DNA of 64,000 bases, taken from positions 512,001 to 576,000 of the forward strand of contig JAXHNB010000005.1 of the NCBI GenBank assembly GCA_034520945.1, in the 5' to 3' direction. The notes under the pieces are model-generated. The model had not been told where the DNA came from, searched no databases, and saw only the letters and a program-made list of their open reading frames with translations. A program made the position numbers and the translations under genes. This DNA comes from Trueperaceae bacterium. Its GTDB lineage: Bacteria > Deinococcota > Deinococci > Deinococcales > Trueperaceae. Of this stretch, positions 1 to 10,045 are shown piece after piece. How positions within the stretch are numbered: position 1 is the first letter of the stretch; every line of letters begins with the position of its first letter.

Positions 1-894
1 CTCGCCGGTGGTGATGCCGCCCTCCAGGCCGCCCGCGCGGTTGCTGCGCCGCGCGAAGCCATCGGGTGCCTTGTCGATCGGGTCGTGCACGTCGCTGCCC
101 GCGACGCCCGCGTTGCGCCAGCCCTCGCCGATCTCGACCGCCTTCATGGCGGGGATGCTCATCGCGGCCTGCGCCAGGCGTCCGTCCAGTTTGCGGTCCC
201 ACTGGGCGTGGCTGCCCAGCCCGACCGGCACGCCGCGGAAGCGCGCCTCGATCACCCCGCCCAGCGTGTCGCCGTCGCGCTTGGCCTCGTCGATGCGCTC
301 CTTGATCCGTTCCTCCGCGTCCGCGTCGAAGCTTCGGATCGGGCTCTCGTCCAGCGCGCCCAGACGGTCCCAGTCCATGCCGCCGTCGCAGGCGATCCCG
401 CCGAGGGACACCACCCGCGCGCTGCCCTGCACGCCCGCGACCTCCAGCAGCCGCAGCGCCACCGCGCCGGCCGCGACCCGGCTGGCGGTCTCGCGGGCGC
501 TGGCGCGCTCCAGCACGTCGCGCAGGTCCTTGTGTCCGTACTTGATGCCGCCGGCCAGGTCGGCGTGGCCGGGCCGCGCCTTGGTGAGGGGGCGCTTGCG
601 CGGCTGGCCGTTCGGTTCGGGGCTCATGATCTCGGTCCAGTTCCGCCAGTCGCGGTTCTCGATCTGGATCGCCAGCGGCGCGCCGGTGGTGCGGCCGGCC
701 CGTACGCCCGCCATGAAGCGCGCGGCGTCGCTCTCGATCAGTTGCCGGCGGCCGCGGCCGTACCCGCCCTGGCGCCGCCGCAACCAGGGGTCGACGTCCC
801 GCTCGGCGACCAGGTCGAGCCCGGCCGGTACGTCGTCCAGGAGCACCGTCAGCGCCGGGCCGTGCGACTCGCCTGCGGAAAGGTACCTCAGCAT
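1..894 (-). CDS. aroC: Chorismate synthase, 5' part (runs off the window start)
   Basis: Not in the ORF track because there is no stop in the window. The minus strand from ATG 894 reads MLRYLSAGESHGPALTVL..., RRQGGYGRGRQ, RPGHADLAGGIKY, LERASARETASRVAAG, the AroC signatures. TAGGCT box 6 nt upstream. Confidence 0.95.
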   Translation of the reverse strand, partial: MLRYLSAGESHGPALTVLLDDVPAGLDLVAERDVDPWLRRRQGGYGRGRRQLIESDAARFMAGVRAGRTTGAPLAIQIENRDWRNWTEIMSPEPNGQPRKRPLTKARPGHADLAGGIKYGHKDLRDVLERASARETASRVAAGAVALRLLEVAGVQGSARVVSLGGIACDGGMDWDRLGALDESPIRSFDADAEERIKERIDEAKRDGDTLGGVIEARFRGVPVGLGSHAQWDRKLDGRLAQAAMSIPAMKAVEIGEGWRNAGVAGSDVHDPIDKAPDGFARRSNRAGGLEGGITTGE

Positions 895-967
895 GGCGAG
901 AGCCTACCACGCGCCCCGCGCGCGTCCCGCCTTCGCTGGCGGCGCGGGCGCCCGCCAGGACGGCACG

Positions 968-997
968 AAACGGCGCCCGGGGGAAGCCGGGCGCCGT
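968..997 (-). terminator. Probable intrinsic terminator after pilQ
   Basis: Perfect 11-bp stem ACGGCGCCCGG/CCGGGCGCCGT; minus strand runs into TTTCG, about 25 nt after the pilQ stop. Confidence 0.6.
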
Positions 998-1020
998 CTG
1001 GATCTGCGGGGGTGGGGGGC

Positions 1021-3024
1021 TCAGTCGATGACTTGGGCGTTGACCACCAACATCAGTTCGCTGTTCTCTTCCTCGACCTCGGTGCTGCCGAACAGCGCGC
1101 CGATCAGCGGGATCTGACCCAGGATCGGGACGCGGCGTTCCGTTTGCGAGAACGAGTTCTGCAGCAGGCCACCCAACAGGACCGTCTGGCCGGGCCGAAG
1201 CGTGACGGTGGAGGTGACGTTGCGCTCACTGAAGTCGATGCGTTCGGGGATGCCCCCTTCGTTGATCGGGACCAGCACGTCGGACACCTCGGCCGACACG
1301 TCCAGCGTGACGCGGCCGTCGTCCGCCACGCGCGGCGAGACCTCGATGATCACGCCGAACTCGATGGTGCGGGTCGCGATTTCGCCGTCGCTGCTGGGGA
1401 AGGTGATCTCGATCCGACCGCCGGACTGCATGCGCCCGGTCCCGTTGTTCAGCACCGTCAGGGTCGTATCATCGACGCGTCGCGACAGCCCCTGGCTCTC
1501 CAGCGTGTCCAGCACGGCGCCGATGTTCAGGCCGCTGACCGCCGACTGAGGATCGAACACGAAGCGAAGGCCGGAGTCGAGCAGGTTGGCCGCGAAGTTC
1601 CCGCTGGCCGCACCCAGGTTGATGCCGAGGTTGCTGGCGACGCGGCGGTTGATCTCCTGAATCCGGACCTGCACGTTCACCTGCCGCTGCGGTGCGTCGA
1701 GTTCCGGAATCAGCTCCGCCAGGCGAGCCTGTACGGAAGGGGTCGCCGTCACGACGATTGAGTTGGTTCGCTCATCTGCCACAACGGTGAACTGGCTGTC
1801 ACCTTGGCCGTGCTCGCCGGCCGTCAGGTCTGTGCAAGGGCTGACGTCGATCCTGCGCTCTCGTCACCGTCGCCGTTCGCTTCGGACGCCGTCCGTAGCC
1901 TCCGTGAGCAAGCCAGACCGTTCCAGACCGAAGTTTCGGATCTGCAGCGATCTCGTGCGAGCTCGGTGGCATCGGCGTTGTTCGAGCGAGTAGATGCGCT
2001 GCTCCAGACCAACGCTGCTGCAGGCGGGTCGAATTCTTGGAGCACCTGCTGAACGCGCTCGTGCTGATCCTCCGTGCCAACCACGACAACCACGTGGATC
2101 GTCGACTGACCACCGCTGAGTCTCCTGATCGCCGGATCCCTGCAGCTCTGGTACCAACGTCTTAATAAGGCTCTTGACGTTTTCAGCCTCTCCGTTGACA
2201 CGGTAGACTCGGCGCTCAATAGCTACATCGCGTTCGGCTGCTGCGGCTGCATCACCCGAGGGAAGCGAATCGTACGCTTCCAGCGCCTCCTCGACACGTG
2301 CATGTCCGCTTGGCGTGGTGGTCACGATCACGATGTTGCTGTTGGACCGCGCCGCGATCGAATCTCCTTCGGACACGAACGAGGCCAAGTACTCCGCAGC
2401 CTTCTCGACGGAGCCACGCACCTCGTAGCGACGAAGCTCGCGTGGCTCCTCGTCGAACTCGTCCAGGGCGGCCTGGACCTTGTCGTGTTGCGTCTCCGTA
2501 GCACCCACCAACAACCGGGAGCTGTCTTCGAGCTCCTCCACGGTCCGCGCGCCAGGCACCAGCCGGCCCACCACGCCCGCCAGGTCATTCGGCGAGCCGT
2601 TCACGCGGTACACGCGCTGCACCGTGTCGGCGGCGGCCGGGGCCCCGGCGTCATCGGTCCGCGGTTCGGCGCGGCGCAACGACGCCAGCGCGTCGGTCGG
2701 GCCGATCACGATCACGTCGTTCTCTTGCAGCACGTAGTCCAGGTCGTTCAGGGACAGGATCAGGTTCCAGACCTGCCGGAACGGCGTCGGCTCGTCGATG
2801 TCGTACCGGATGGTCTCCTCGGGGACGTCGTCCACGACGGGGGTGAGGCCGACCGAGCGTGCGAGCGCCGACAGCATGGTGTCGAGGTCCTCGCCCTGAC
2901 GGCCGGTCGAGAACGACACCGTCTGGTCGAAGCGTTCGTCGTCCGGCAGGGGCGCCGGCTGGGCCAGGGCGGCACCCGCCAGCAGGGCGGACGCCAGGAG
3001 GAGAAGGGGCAGAGTACGCGTCAT
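1021..3024 (-). CDS. pilQ: Type IV pilus secretin PilQ (~670 aa; multiple frameshifts at ~1820-2130)
   Basis: Signal peptide MTRTLPLLLLASALLAGAALA-Q at 3024; repeated N-domains (VQRVYRVNG, LRRYEVRG, IERRVYRVNG, LEQRIYSL); C-terminal secretin domain (ADERTNSIVV, QVNVQVRIQEI, VPILGQIPLIGALF) in ORF 1021..1782. Last gene of the pilMNOW operon. Confidence 0.9.
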
Positions 3025-3026
3025 GA

Positions 3027-4150
3027 TCACCGCCTGAGATCCATATTCAAGAGTTGCGAGGTGTCGCCCCGGCTGAACTCGGCGGCCTGGCCGCGGAGAT
3101 CGGTGAGGACGATGTCCGTGTCGGGGAGCGACTGTCCGAGGGCCAGCACGACCGGGCCGGACTCGTCGGCCATGCGGAACACGCCCACGCCGACGGAGCC
3201 GACCACGGAGCCGGTGAAGGTCACGTCGTTGTCGCGAAGGTAGCGACTGAGCGGGTCGGTGCCGGCCACCATCGGCCCATCCGGGACGCCGGTCTCGGCC
3301 ACGGCGCCCGGCGCCAGCGGGGCCGGGTCGCCCTCCGCGTCCGGAAGTTGACCGCCGAGAGGCGCGAGGGCGGGGGTGCCCGGTTCCGTGTCGGGTACGC
3401 GCACGTCGATGCGGTCGCGGGCCGGAACCGGCGTCCTGTCCTGCTCGGGGGCGCGTCGGCCCTGCAGCAGGGTGGGCGCCACGGGCAGGGTGCCGCGGGG
3501 CAGGGCGCGCGGCAGGGCCCGCGGCGACGACGCGGTGCGGGGAGCCAGCGCCTGCGGGGCCGGCGGGGTGGGGGGCGGGGCCGCCTGGGCGGGCTCGACC
3601 TCCGGCGCGTCGGGCACCTCGACCTCCTGCACCTCCGGCGAGGCGGGCGGCGCGTCCGCTTCGGGCGCGTCGGCGGCCTCCACCCGGATGGGGGAGAACG
3701 GGTTCAGGCTGACCTGGACCTCGGAGCCCGGCCGTGCCCCTTCGGCCGCCGCAGCCTCTTCCGCCGCGGCCGCCTCGTCCTCGGCGGGGGGCCCGGTGAC
3801 CAGGAACGGCAGCTCGGCCACCTCCACGTCGCGGCCGACCACGTCCTCCCCGCCCGCCACGACGGTGGGCGGTTCCCCGTCCGCGGGCGCCTCGCCCTCG
3901 GCGGCGGCCGCCTGGGCGTCCTGTGGGTCCTGTGCGTCCGCGTCGCCGGGCGGCACCTCCGCGTCGGCGTCGGCGAGGCATCGGCATCGGCCTGGGCGCC
4001 CGCGTCGGCGTCGGCGGGATCGTCCGGGGTCTGCTGCGTGATCACGCCGGGCGTCTCCGTCGTGGTGGCGAAGAAGTTGATCCACACGAACGCAGCGGCG
4101 GCGACGAGCAACAGGGCGATCAGGATGCGCGCGGTGCGCGAGAGGGTCAT
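3027..4150 (-). CDS. pilW: PilW-like pilus assembly protein (Deinococcota type), one frameshift at ~3976
   Basis: N-terminal TM helix (ORF 3704..4150) joins an acidic Pro/Ala-rich linker, an NPFSPI motif and a small C-terminal beta domain (ORF 3027..4085). Lies between pilO and pilQ as in Thermus. Confidence 0.7.
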
Positions 4151-4740
4151 GGCAGGCCCTCCGGGTCGCCGGGATCGTCGCCGGTGAACACGTACACGGT
4201 GAAGCCGAAATTGGCGTTCAGGGTGGGGTCGTCGATCAGTTCGGAGGTGGACAGCGACACCTGCGAGATGCGCGTGAAGCGCTGCAGGTTCTCGAGGGTG
4301 CCGAGGAACGACATCGTCTCACCGAAGGTGCCGACGGTCGCGATCTGGAACCCGATGGGGCGGACGTCCTGGATGTCGCCCTGCCCGCCGCCGCGCCCGA
4401 TCTGGTTCACCTGCACGCCGGCGTCGGCGGCGGAGCCGCGGAGCTCCTCGATCAGGTCCGCGACCTCGCTCTCGGTGGGAAGCTCCGACAGGAAGGCGCG
4501 GCGGTCCTGTTCGAGCTCCGCCACCGCCAGGCGCAGGTCGGGAAGGTTGCGGCGCGCGGCCTCGCCCCGCTCGATCTGGACGTCCAGGCGCGCGATCTCG
4601 TCCTCGAGTGCGGTGATGCGTTCCTGCGAGGGTCGGTACATGAACCAGTACCACGCGGCCGCGAGGACGATGGACAACACGATGAAGATCAGGGCCCAGT
4701 CGCGTTGCCGCAGGCGGCCCAGACCGAGGCGTGGGCTCAT
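4147..4740 (-). CDS. pilO: Type IV pilus alignment protein PilO
   Basis: ATG 4740 (MSPRLGLGRLRQRDWALIFIV...), TM helix plus coiled coil, LPTESEVADLI, GTFGETMSFLGTLENLQRF. Operon position. Confidence 0.9.
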   Translation of the reverse strand: MSPRLGLGRLRQRDWALIFIVLSIVLAAAWYWFMYRPSQERITALEDEIARLDVQIERGEAARRNLPDLRLAVAELEQDRRAFLSELPTESEVADLIEELRGSAADAGVQVNQIGRGGGQGDIQDVRPIGFQIATVGTFGETMSFLGTLENLQRFTRISQVSLSTSELIDDPTLNANFGFTVYVFTGDDPGDPEGLP

Positions 4741-5384
4741 TCGCCGTCCCCCCCTTCGTCTTCGTCCGTGGCTTCGTCTTCGTCCGTGGCGCCGACCGTG
4801 AGGCTGTAGGCGTACAGCGCCTCGTCTTCCTCGCCCTGGCGGTTGGCGTTCTGGAACAGCACCCCGAAGTCGGTGGCGTCCTCGAGGTTGCGCACGAACG
4901 ACGCCAGCACGTCGAGGTCGACCACGTTGCCGGAGATCGACATCTCGGCGATCACCTGGGCCCCTTCGTAGCGCTGAGGGTCGGAACTGGGCGGCGTGAC
5001 CGCCTGCATGTTCAGGTTGCGGAAGTCGATCGCTGGGCGGTCGCCGCCGCCCTGTGCGGGTAGCGTCTCCAGCAGTGCCACGATCTCGCCGGACCAGGCG
5101 ATGCGGTTCTCCCGCACGTCCTGGGACACCGAGATCAGCTCGTTCAACTGGCGCTGCCGTGCCTGCAGCGCCTCTTGCTCCTCCAGGAACGGTTGCAGCA
5201 GGACCAGCTGGTCCTCGCGCGACTGAACCTCCCGCTCCAGGTTGCGTTCGGTCTGCCACGCGAAGTACTGGAACGCTGTGATCACGGCCAACACCAAGAG
5301 CGGCACCAGCACCGCCAGCAGGCGCCAGTAGCCGGGCTCGCGGACGCGCCGAAGATTCTTCGGCAGCAGGTTTACGTTAATCAA
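4737..5384 (-). CDS. pilN: Type IV pilus alignment protein PilN
   Basis: N-terminal INVNLLP PilM-binding motif, TM helix and coiled coil; TTG start. Confidence 0.92.
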   Translation of the reverse strand: MINVNLLPKNLRRVREPGYWRLLAVLVPLLVLAVITAFQYFAWQTERNLEREVQSREDQLVLLQPFLEEQEALQARQRQLNELISVSQDVRENRIAWSGEIVALLETLPAQGGGDRPAIDFRNLNMQAVTPPSSDPQRYEGAQVIAEMSISGNVVDLDVLASFVRNLEDATDFGVLFQNANRQGEEDEALYAYSLTVGATDEDEATDEDEGGDGE

Positions 5385-6564
5385 GGCCGCTCACCCCCCG
5401 AAGCGCCAACCCCAGCGGTACGCCGAACTCCGGGCCGATCTTGGCCAGGTACTGCTCGTCGAACTGCCGCTCGTCGACCGTGACCGACAACCAGGGGTCG
5501 GCCACCTCGACGCGGACGCCCAAGGCGTCGCCGATCGCGTCGGGCAGGCCGCGGAGCTTGGCGCCGCCGCCGGTCGCCAGCATGCGGGCGATGGTGGCGT
5601 CGCCGGTCTGCACCCGGAAGAACTCCAGGCTGCGGCGGATCTCCGTGGTCAGGTCCACCAGCGGCGGGCGCAGCGCCTCGTAGACGCGACTGGGACTGAA
5701 CTGCTCGCGCTTGGCGTCGAAGTTCAGCAGCTCCTCTTCGTCCTCGGTGGGGATGGTGGCGGTGCCGTAGTCCAGTTTGACCTCTTCGGCGCTGTCGAAG
5801 TCCAGCCCGAAGGCGCGCTGCAGGGCGGCGGTGAAGTCGTCGCCGGAGACCCCGACGTTGCGGTTCATCAGCACGCGCTCGCCCCGCACCAGGGTGATGG
5901 TGGTCGAGGAGGCCGCGATGTCGAGGACGACGCCGACCTCGTTGCCTTCGGTGTAGCCCTTGCCCGTCAGGGTGGTCTTGGTGAGATGCTCGCCCAGCAG
6001 GGCGCCCTTGAGGGAGCGCAGCAGGCTGAACGGCTTCACCTCGATCACGACCGGTTCCAGCCCAGCCAGTTTGAGGTACTCCACCTGTTGGGTGACCAGG
6101 TCCAGGCGCGCCGCGGCGATGACGACCTCCAACTGGCCGCCCTCCTCGACGTCCTCGGGATTGTCCAGCACGTAGTAATCCAGCACCACCTCGTCGATGG
6201 CGAAGGGGATGTAGCGTTCGGCTTCCCACTTGATGGCCTCGTCCAGCTCCTGCAGCGACATCTTGGGGACGTTGATGTTGCGGGTGATCGCCTGGCGGTT
6301 GCCGACGGCGGTCACCACGAAGCGCTTGGAGATGCCCGCCTCGTCGAACAACGCCTTGATCTCCTCGGCGAGGCCCTGGGGGTCGACCACCTGGTCCTCC
6401 TGGACCAACCCGGGCGGCATCGCCCGGACCGCCAGCGTGGCCAGGCCGGGCGGAACCCCGGCACGAAGCTCGACGACCTTGAGGTTCGCGGTGCCGACCT
6501 CGAGCCCGACCGCTTCGATTCTTGGGTTGAACAAGCGCGAGAGTCGGTCGCGCGTCGAGGCCAT
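5377..6564 (-). CDS. pilM: Type IV pilus assembly protein PilM (actin-like)
   Basis: VGLEVGTANLKVVEL, EAERYIPF, TGGGAKLRGL, GLALRG motifs; GGAGG SD. Confidence 0.95.
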   Translation of the reverse strand: MASTRDRLSRLFNPRIEAVGLEVGTANLKVVELRAGVPPGLATLAVRAMPPGLVQEDQVVDPQGLAEEIKALFDEAGISKRFVVTAVGNRQAITRNINVPKMSLQELDEAIKWEAERYIPFAIDEVVLDYYVLDNPEDVEEGGQLEVVIAAARLDLVTQQVEYLKLAGLEPVVIEVKPFSLLRSLKGALLGEHLTKTTLTGKGYTEGNEVGVVLDIAASSTTITLVRGERVLMNRNVGVSGDDFTAALQRAFGLDFDSAEEVKLDYGTATIPTEDEEELLNFDAKREQFSPSRVYEALRPPLVDLTTEIRRSLEFFRVQTGDATIARMLATGGGAKLRGLPDAIGDALGVRVEVADPWLSVTVDERQFDEQYLAKIGPEFGVPLGLALRGVSGLD

Positions 6565-6661
6565 GTTGACTCCTCCCTGACGATCTCACGGGAGGCTATC
6601 ACGCGCTACGCGCGCCGTATGGTGAAAATTCCCCACCGGGAGCGCGTTCGTGGCCGACTTC

Positions 6662-8569
6662 TCAGCCGGGTTCCGGCGACGCCCCCGGCTCGCGCGGCGC
6701 CGCGGCGCCGGTCGGCCGCGGCCCCTCGGACGCCTCCGCGGCGTCCTGCGGGGGGCTCGGCGGATCCGCGACGGGCGGGGGATCCGGCAGGGCCTCGCCG
6801 CGCATCAGGGTGGCGAACTCGTCCTGGTGCAGCGTCTCGCGCACCAGCAGGACCGACACCACCTCGTCCAACGTGACGCGGTGTTCCTCCAGCATGGCGG
6901 TGACGCGGACGTACTGTCCCTCCACGATGACCTTGATCTCGTCGTCGACCAGCCGCGCGGTCTCCTCGCTGTAGGCGCGCGGCCCCTCGCTCTCGCCCAG
7001 GTAGCCCTCGCTGGACGCGGTCAGCGCCACGCGCCCCAGCCGTTCGCTCATCCCCCACCGGGTCACCATGCGGCGGGCCACGTCGGTGGCCTGCTGGAAA
7101 TCGTTCTGCGCGCCCGTGGTGACGTCGCCCAGCACCAGCTCTTCGGTGGCGCGGCCCGCCAGCGCCACGGCGACGCGGTCGAGAAGGGCCGTGCGCGACG
7201 CCGACATGCGGTCCTCCTCGGGGAACTGCATCACGTAGCCCATCGCGCTGCCGCGCGGCACGATGGTGATCTTGTGGACCGGGTCGGCGTGCTCCAGCAG
7301 GTGCGCCGCCAGGGCGTGGCCGGCCTCGTGGTAGGCGGTGACGCGTTTCTCACGGTCGCTGATCACGCGGCTGCGGCGTTCGGGGCCCATCAGCACGCGA
7401 TCGGCCGCCTCGTCGAGGTCGGGGCCGACGATCTCGCGGCGGTCGCTGCGGGCCGCCACCAACGCCGCCTCGTTCAGGAGGTTCTCCAGGTCGGCGCCGA
7501 CGAAGCCGGGCGTGCGCTGCGCGAGCTTGCGAAGGTCGACGGTGCGGGCCAGCGGCTTGCCGCGGGCGTGGATGCGCAGGATCGCCTCGCGACCGCGCAC
7601 GTCGGGCGCGTCCACGATCACCTGCCGGTCGAAGCGGCCGGGGCGCAGCAGCGCCGGGTCCAGCACGTCGGGGCGGTTGGTGGCGGCGATGATGATGATG
7701 TCGTGCTGGCGCTCGAAGCCGTCCAGCTCGACCAGCAGGGCGTTGAGGGTCTGCTCGCGTTCGTCGTTGCCGCCGTTGGGGTTGAGCCCGCGGCGCCGTC
7801 CCACGGCGTCGATCTCGTCGATGAACACGATGCACGGCGCGTTCTTCTTGGCGGTCTCGAACAGGTCCCGCACCCGCGCGGCACCGACGCCGACGAACAT
7901 CTCGACGAAGTCGGAGCCGCTGATGGAGTAGAACGGGACGCCGGCCTCGCCGGCGACGGCCTTGCCGAGGTGCGTCTTGCCGCTGCCGGGCGGGCCCACC
8001 ATCAGCACGCCGTGCGGAATGCGGGCGCCCAGCGCGTGGAACTTGCTGGGGTTCTTCAGGAACTCGACCACCTCGGTGAGGTCGGCCTTGGCCTCCTCGA
8101 CCCCCGCCACGTCCTGGAACAGCGTGCCGGAGGTCTCCTCGGTCGCCATGCGCGCGCGGCTCTTGCCGAAGTTGGTCGCGCCGTCGCCGCCGGCCCCGCG
8201 GCTACCGCGCAGCAGGAACACCAAGAAGGCCACCATCAGCACGATCGGCACCGCGTACAACGCAATGGTGCCCCAGTCGGTGCCGGGCGGCATCACCTCC
8301 ACCTCGGCACCCGAGGCCAGGAACCGATCCAGGTTCTCGGGCGGGGCCGCGACCCGCGTCCGGTAGGGCTCGCCCGCGACGGGCGTGACCTGCAGCTCGG
8401 TGCCGCGTACCACGAGCTTGCGGACGTTGCCGGCCTGAAGCTCGTGCTCGAAGGCGCTGTACGGGCGCACCTCGCCACCGCCGTCCTCCCCGTTGCGGGT
8501 GGCGAGGAACAGCACGACGGCGAATGCAGCGGCCACGACGATCGCGCCGCGGAGCGGGAACCTACCCAT
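6662..8569 (-). CDS. ftsH: ATP-dependent zinc metalloprotease FtsH
   Basis: Two TM segments, Walker [35 protein letters not shown] zinc site. Confidence 0.97.
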   Translation of the reverse strand: MGRFPLRGAIVVAAAFAVVLFLATRNGEDGGGEVRPYSAFEHELQAGNVRKLVVRGTELQVTPVAGEPYRTRVAAPPENLDRFLASGAEVEVMPPGTDWGTIALYAVPIVLMVAFLVFLLRGSRGAGGDGATNFGKSRARMATEETSGTLFQDVAGVEEAKADLTEVVEFLKNPSKFHALGARIPHGVLMVGPPGSGKTHLGKAVAGEAGVPFYSISGSDFVEMFVGVGAARVRDLFETAKKNAPCIVFIDEIDAVGRRRGLNPNGGNDEREQTLNALLVELDGFERQHDIIIIAATNRPDVLDPALLRPGRFDRQVIVDAPDVRGREAILRIHARGKPLARTVDLRKLAQRTPGFVGADLENLLNEAALVAARSDRREIVGPDLDEAADRVLMGPERRSRVISDREKRVTAYHEAGHALAAHLLEHADPVHKITIVPRGSAMGYVMQFPEEDRMSASRTALLDRVAVALAGRATEELVLGDVTTGAQNDFQQATDVARRMVTRWGMSERLGRVALTASSEGYLGESEGPRAYSEETARLVDDEIKVIVEGQYVRVTAMLEEHRVTLDEVVSVLLVRETLHQDEFATLMRGEALPDPPPVADPPSPPQDAAEASEGPRPTGAAAPREPGASPEPG

Positions 8570-8626
8570 GAAACGATCTTAGCCGAGCAAGGTGAGAGGC
8601 GCCGCAGCGCCGTGAACCGCCCGGGC

Positions 8627-9964
8627 TCACGGGGTGCCGCGCGCCAGGTCGTTGAAGCGCACGTGCGCGTTGTGGAACTGCAGGTCCAGGCTGCCGACGG
8701 GGCCGTTGCGTTGCTTGCCGACCAGGATCTCGGCGATCCCCTGCTTCTCGGAGTGCGGGTCGTAGTACTCGTCTCGGTAGATGAACATTACCAGGTCGGC
8801 GTCCTGCTCGATGGCGCCGGATTCGCGCAGGTCGGAAAGCATCGGCCGCTTGTTGGGCCGCGCCTCGACCGCGCGCGACAGCTGCGACAGCACCAGCACC
8901 GGCACGTCCAACTCCCGCGCCAGCGCCTTGAGGCCCCGCGAGATGGTGCTGATCTCCTGCTGGCGGTTCTCGGCGCCGGAGCGGCCGACGTTGCCGCTGC
9001 TCATCAACTGCAGGTAGTCGACGATGATCAGCCCCAGGTCGTGCTCCGCCATCAGGCGGCGGGCGCGGCTGCGGAGCTCCATCACGTTCAGGTCGGCGTT
9101 GTCGTCGACGAAGATGCGTGCCTCGCTCATGCGGCCGGCGGTGTCGGCCAGCCGCTGGAAGTCCCGGTCGGTCAGTTGGCCGTTGCGGACGCGGCTCATG
9201 TCGACGCGGGCCTCGCTGCACAACATGCGGGTGACCAGCTGCACGCCCGACATCTCCAGGCTGAACAGGCCGACGGTGCGGTCCTCGCGCAGGGCGGCGT
9301 TCAGGGCCATGGAGAGCGCCAGGGCGGTCTTGCCCATCGACGGCCGGGCCGCCAGCACGTTGAGGCTCGAGTTCTGCAGGCCCGCCGTCATCTGGTCCAG
9401 CTCCTTGAAGCCGGTACGGAGGCCCGAGACCGGGTCGGGGTTGGTGAACAGCTCGTTGATGTGGGCGAAGGTCTCGGCGACCAGCTCGTTCATGGAGCCG
9501 AACCCGTGCCGGCGGCGCGCGGTGGACAGCTCGAAGATGGTGCGCTCGGCGGCGTCCAGCACGTCCGCCAGCGGCGAGGCCTGCTCATAGGCGGCCTGCA
9601 TGATCTCGCCGCTGGCGCTGATCAGGTCACGCAGCACGGCCTTCTCGACCACGATGCGGGCGTAGCTCTCCGCATACGCCGCGGTCGGCACGCCCTCCGC
9701 CAGGCCGATCAGGTAGGGGACGTTGCCGACGTCCTCGAGCTCGCCCGACTGCCGCAACTCCTCGGTGAGGGTGACGAGGTCCATCGGCTCACTGCGCTTG
9801 AACAGGCGCTCGATGGCCCGGAACACCTTGCGGTGCGACTCCTTGTAGAAGTGCTCGGGCCGCAGCGTGCCCTCGAGGGTGGCGTACATCTCGTTGTCCA
9901 GCAGAATGCTGCCGAGGACGCTCTGTTCGGCTTCCAGGTTCTGGGGGGGCGTGCGGCGTTCCAC
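8627..9964 (-). CDS. dnaB: Replicative DNA helicase (no intein)
   Basis: PPQNLEAEQSVLG, AARPSMGKT, IVDYLQLM, LSDLRESGAIEQDAD. Start placed at GTG 9964, 7 nt after TAGAAT; in-frame ATG 9973 is the alternative. Confidence 0.96.
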   Translation of the reverse strand: MERRTPPQNLEAEQSVLGSILLDNEMYATLEGTLRPEHFYKESHRKVFRAIERLFKRSEPMDLVTLTEELRQSGELEDVGNVPYLIGLAEGVPTAAYAESYARIVVEKAVLRDLISASGEIMQAAYEQASPLADVLDAAERTIFELSTARRRHGFGSMNELVAETFAHINELFTNPDPVSGLRTGFKELDQMTAGLQNSSLNVLAARPSMGKTALALSMALNAALREDRTVGLFSLEMSGVQLVTRMLCSEARVDMSRVRNGQLTDRDFQRLADTAGRMSEARIFVDDNADLNVMELRSRARRLMAEHDLGLIIVDYLQLMSSGNVGRSGAENRQQEISTISRGLKALARELDVPVLVLSQLSRAVEARPNKRPMLSDLRESGAIEQDADLVMFIYRDEYYDPHSEKQGIAEILVGKQRNGPVGSLDLQFHNAHVRFNDLARGTP

Positions 9965-10045
9965 GGGGTCCATTCTACGTGCGCCCGGCCGCGGCCGGGC
10001 GCCCCGCGTCGGCGCGCGGCCGGCCGCGCCGGTACAATGGCGGCC

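Noticed and set aside
1021..4150. Programmed frameshifting in pilQ or pilW
   Set aside because: No slippery heptamer or long simple repeat at the sites; too many switches in pilQ.
8627..9964. Intein in DnaB
   Set aside because: The protein is normal length (~445 aa) with contiguous motifs.
6650..10045. 1692-aa plus-strand ORF
   Set aside because: The first ~1130 aa are the antisense shadow of ftsH and dnaB; only the part from 10046 is a real gene.
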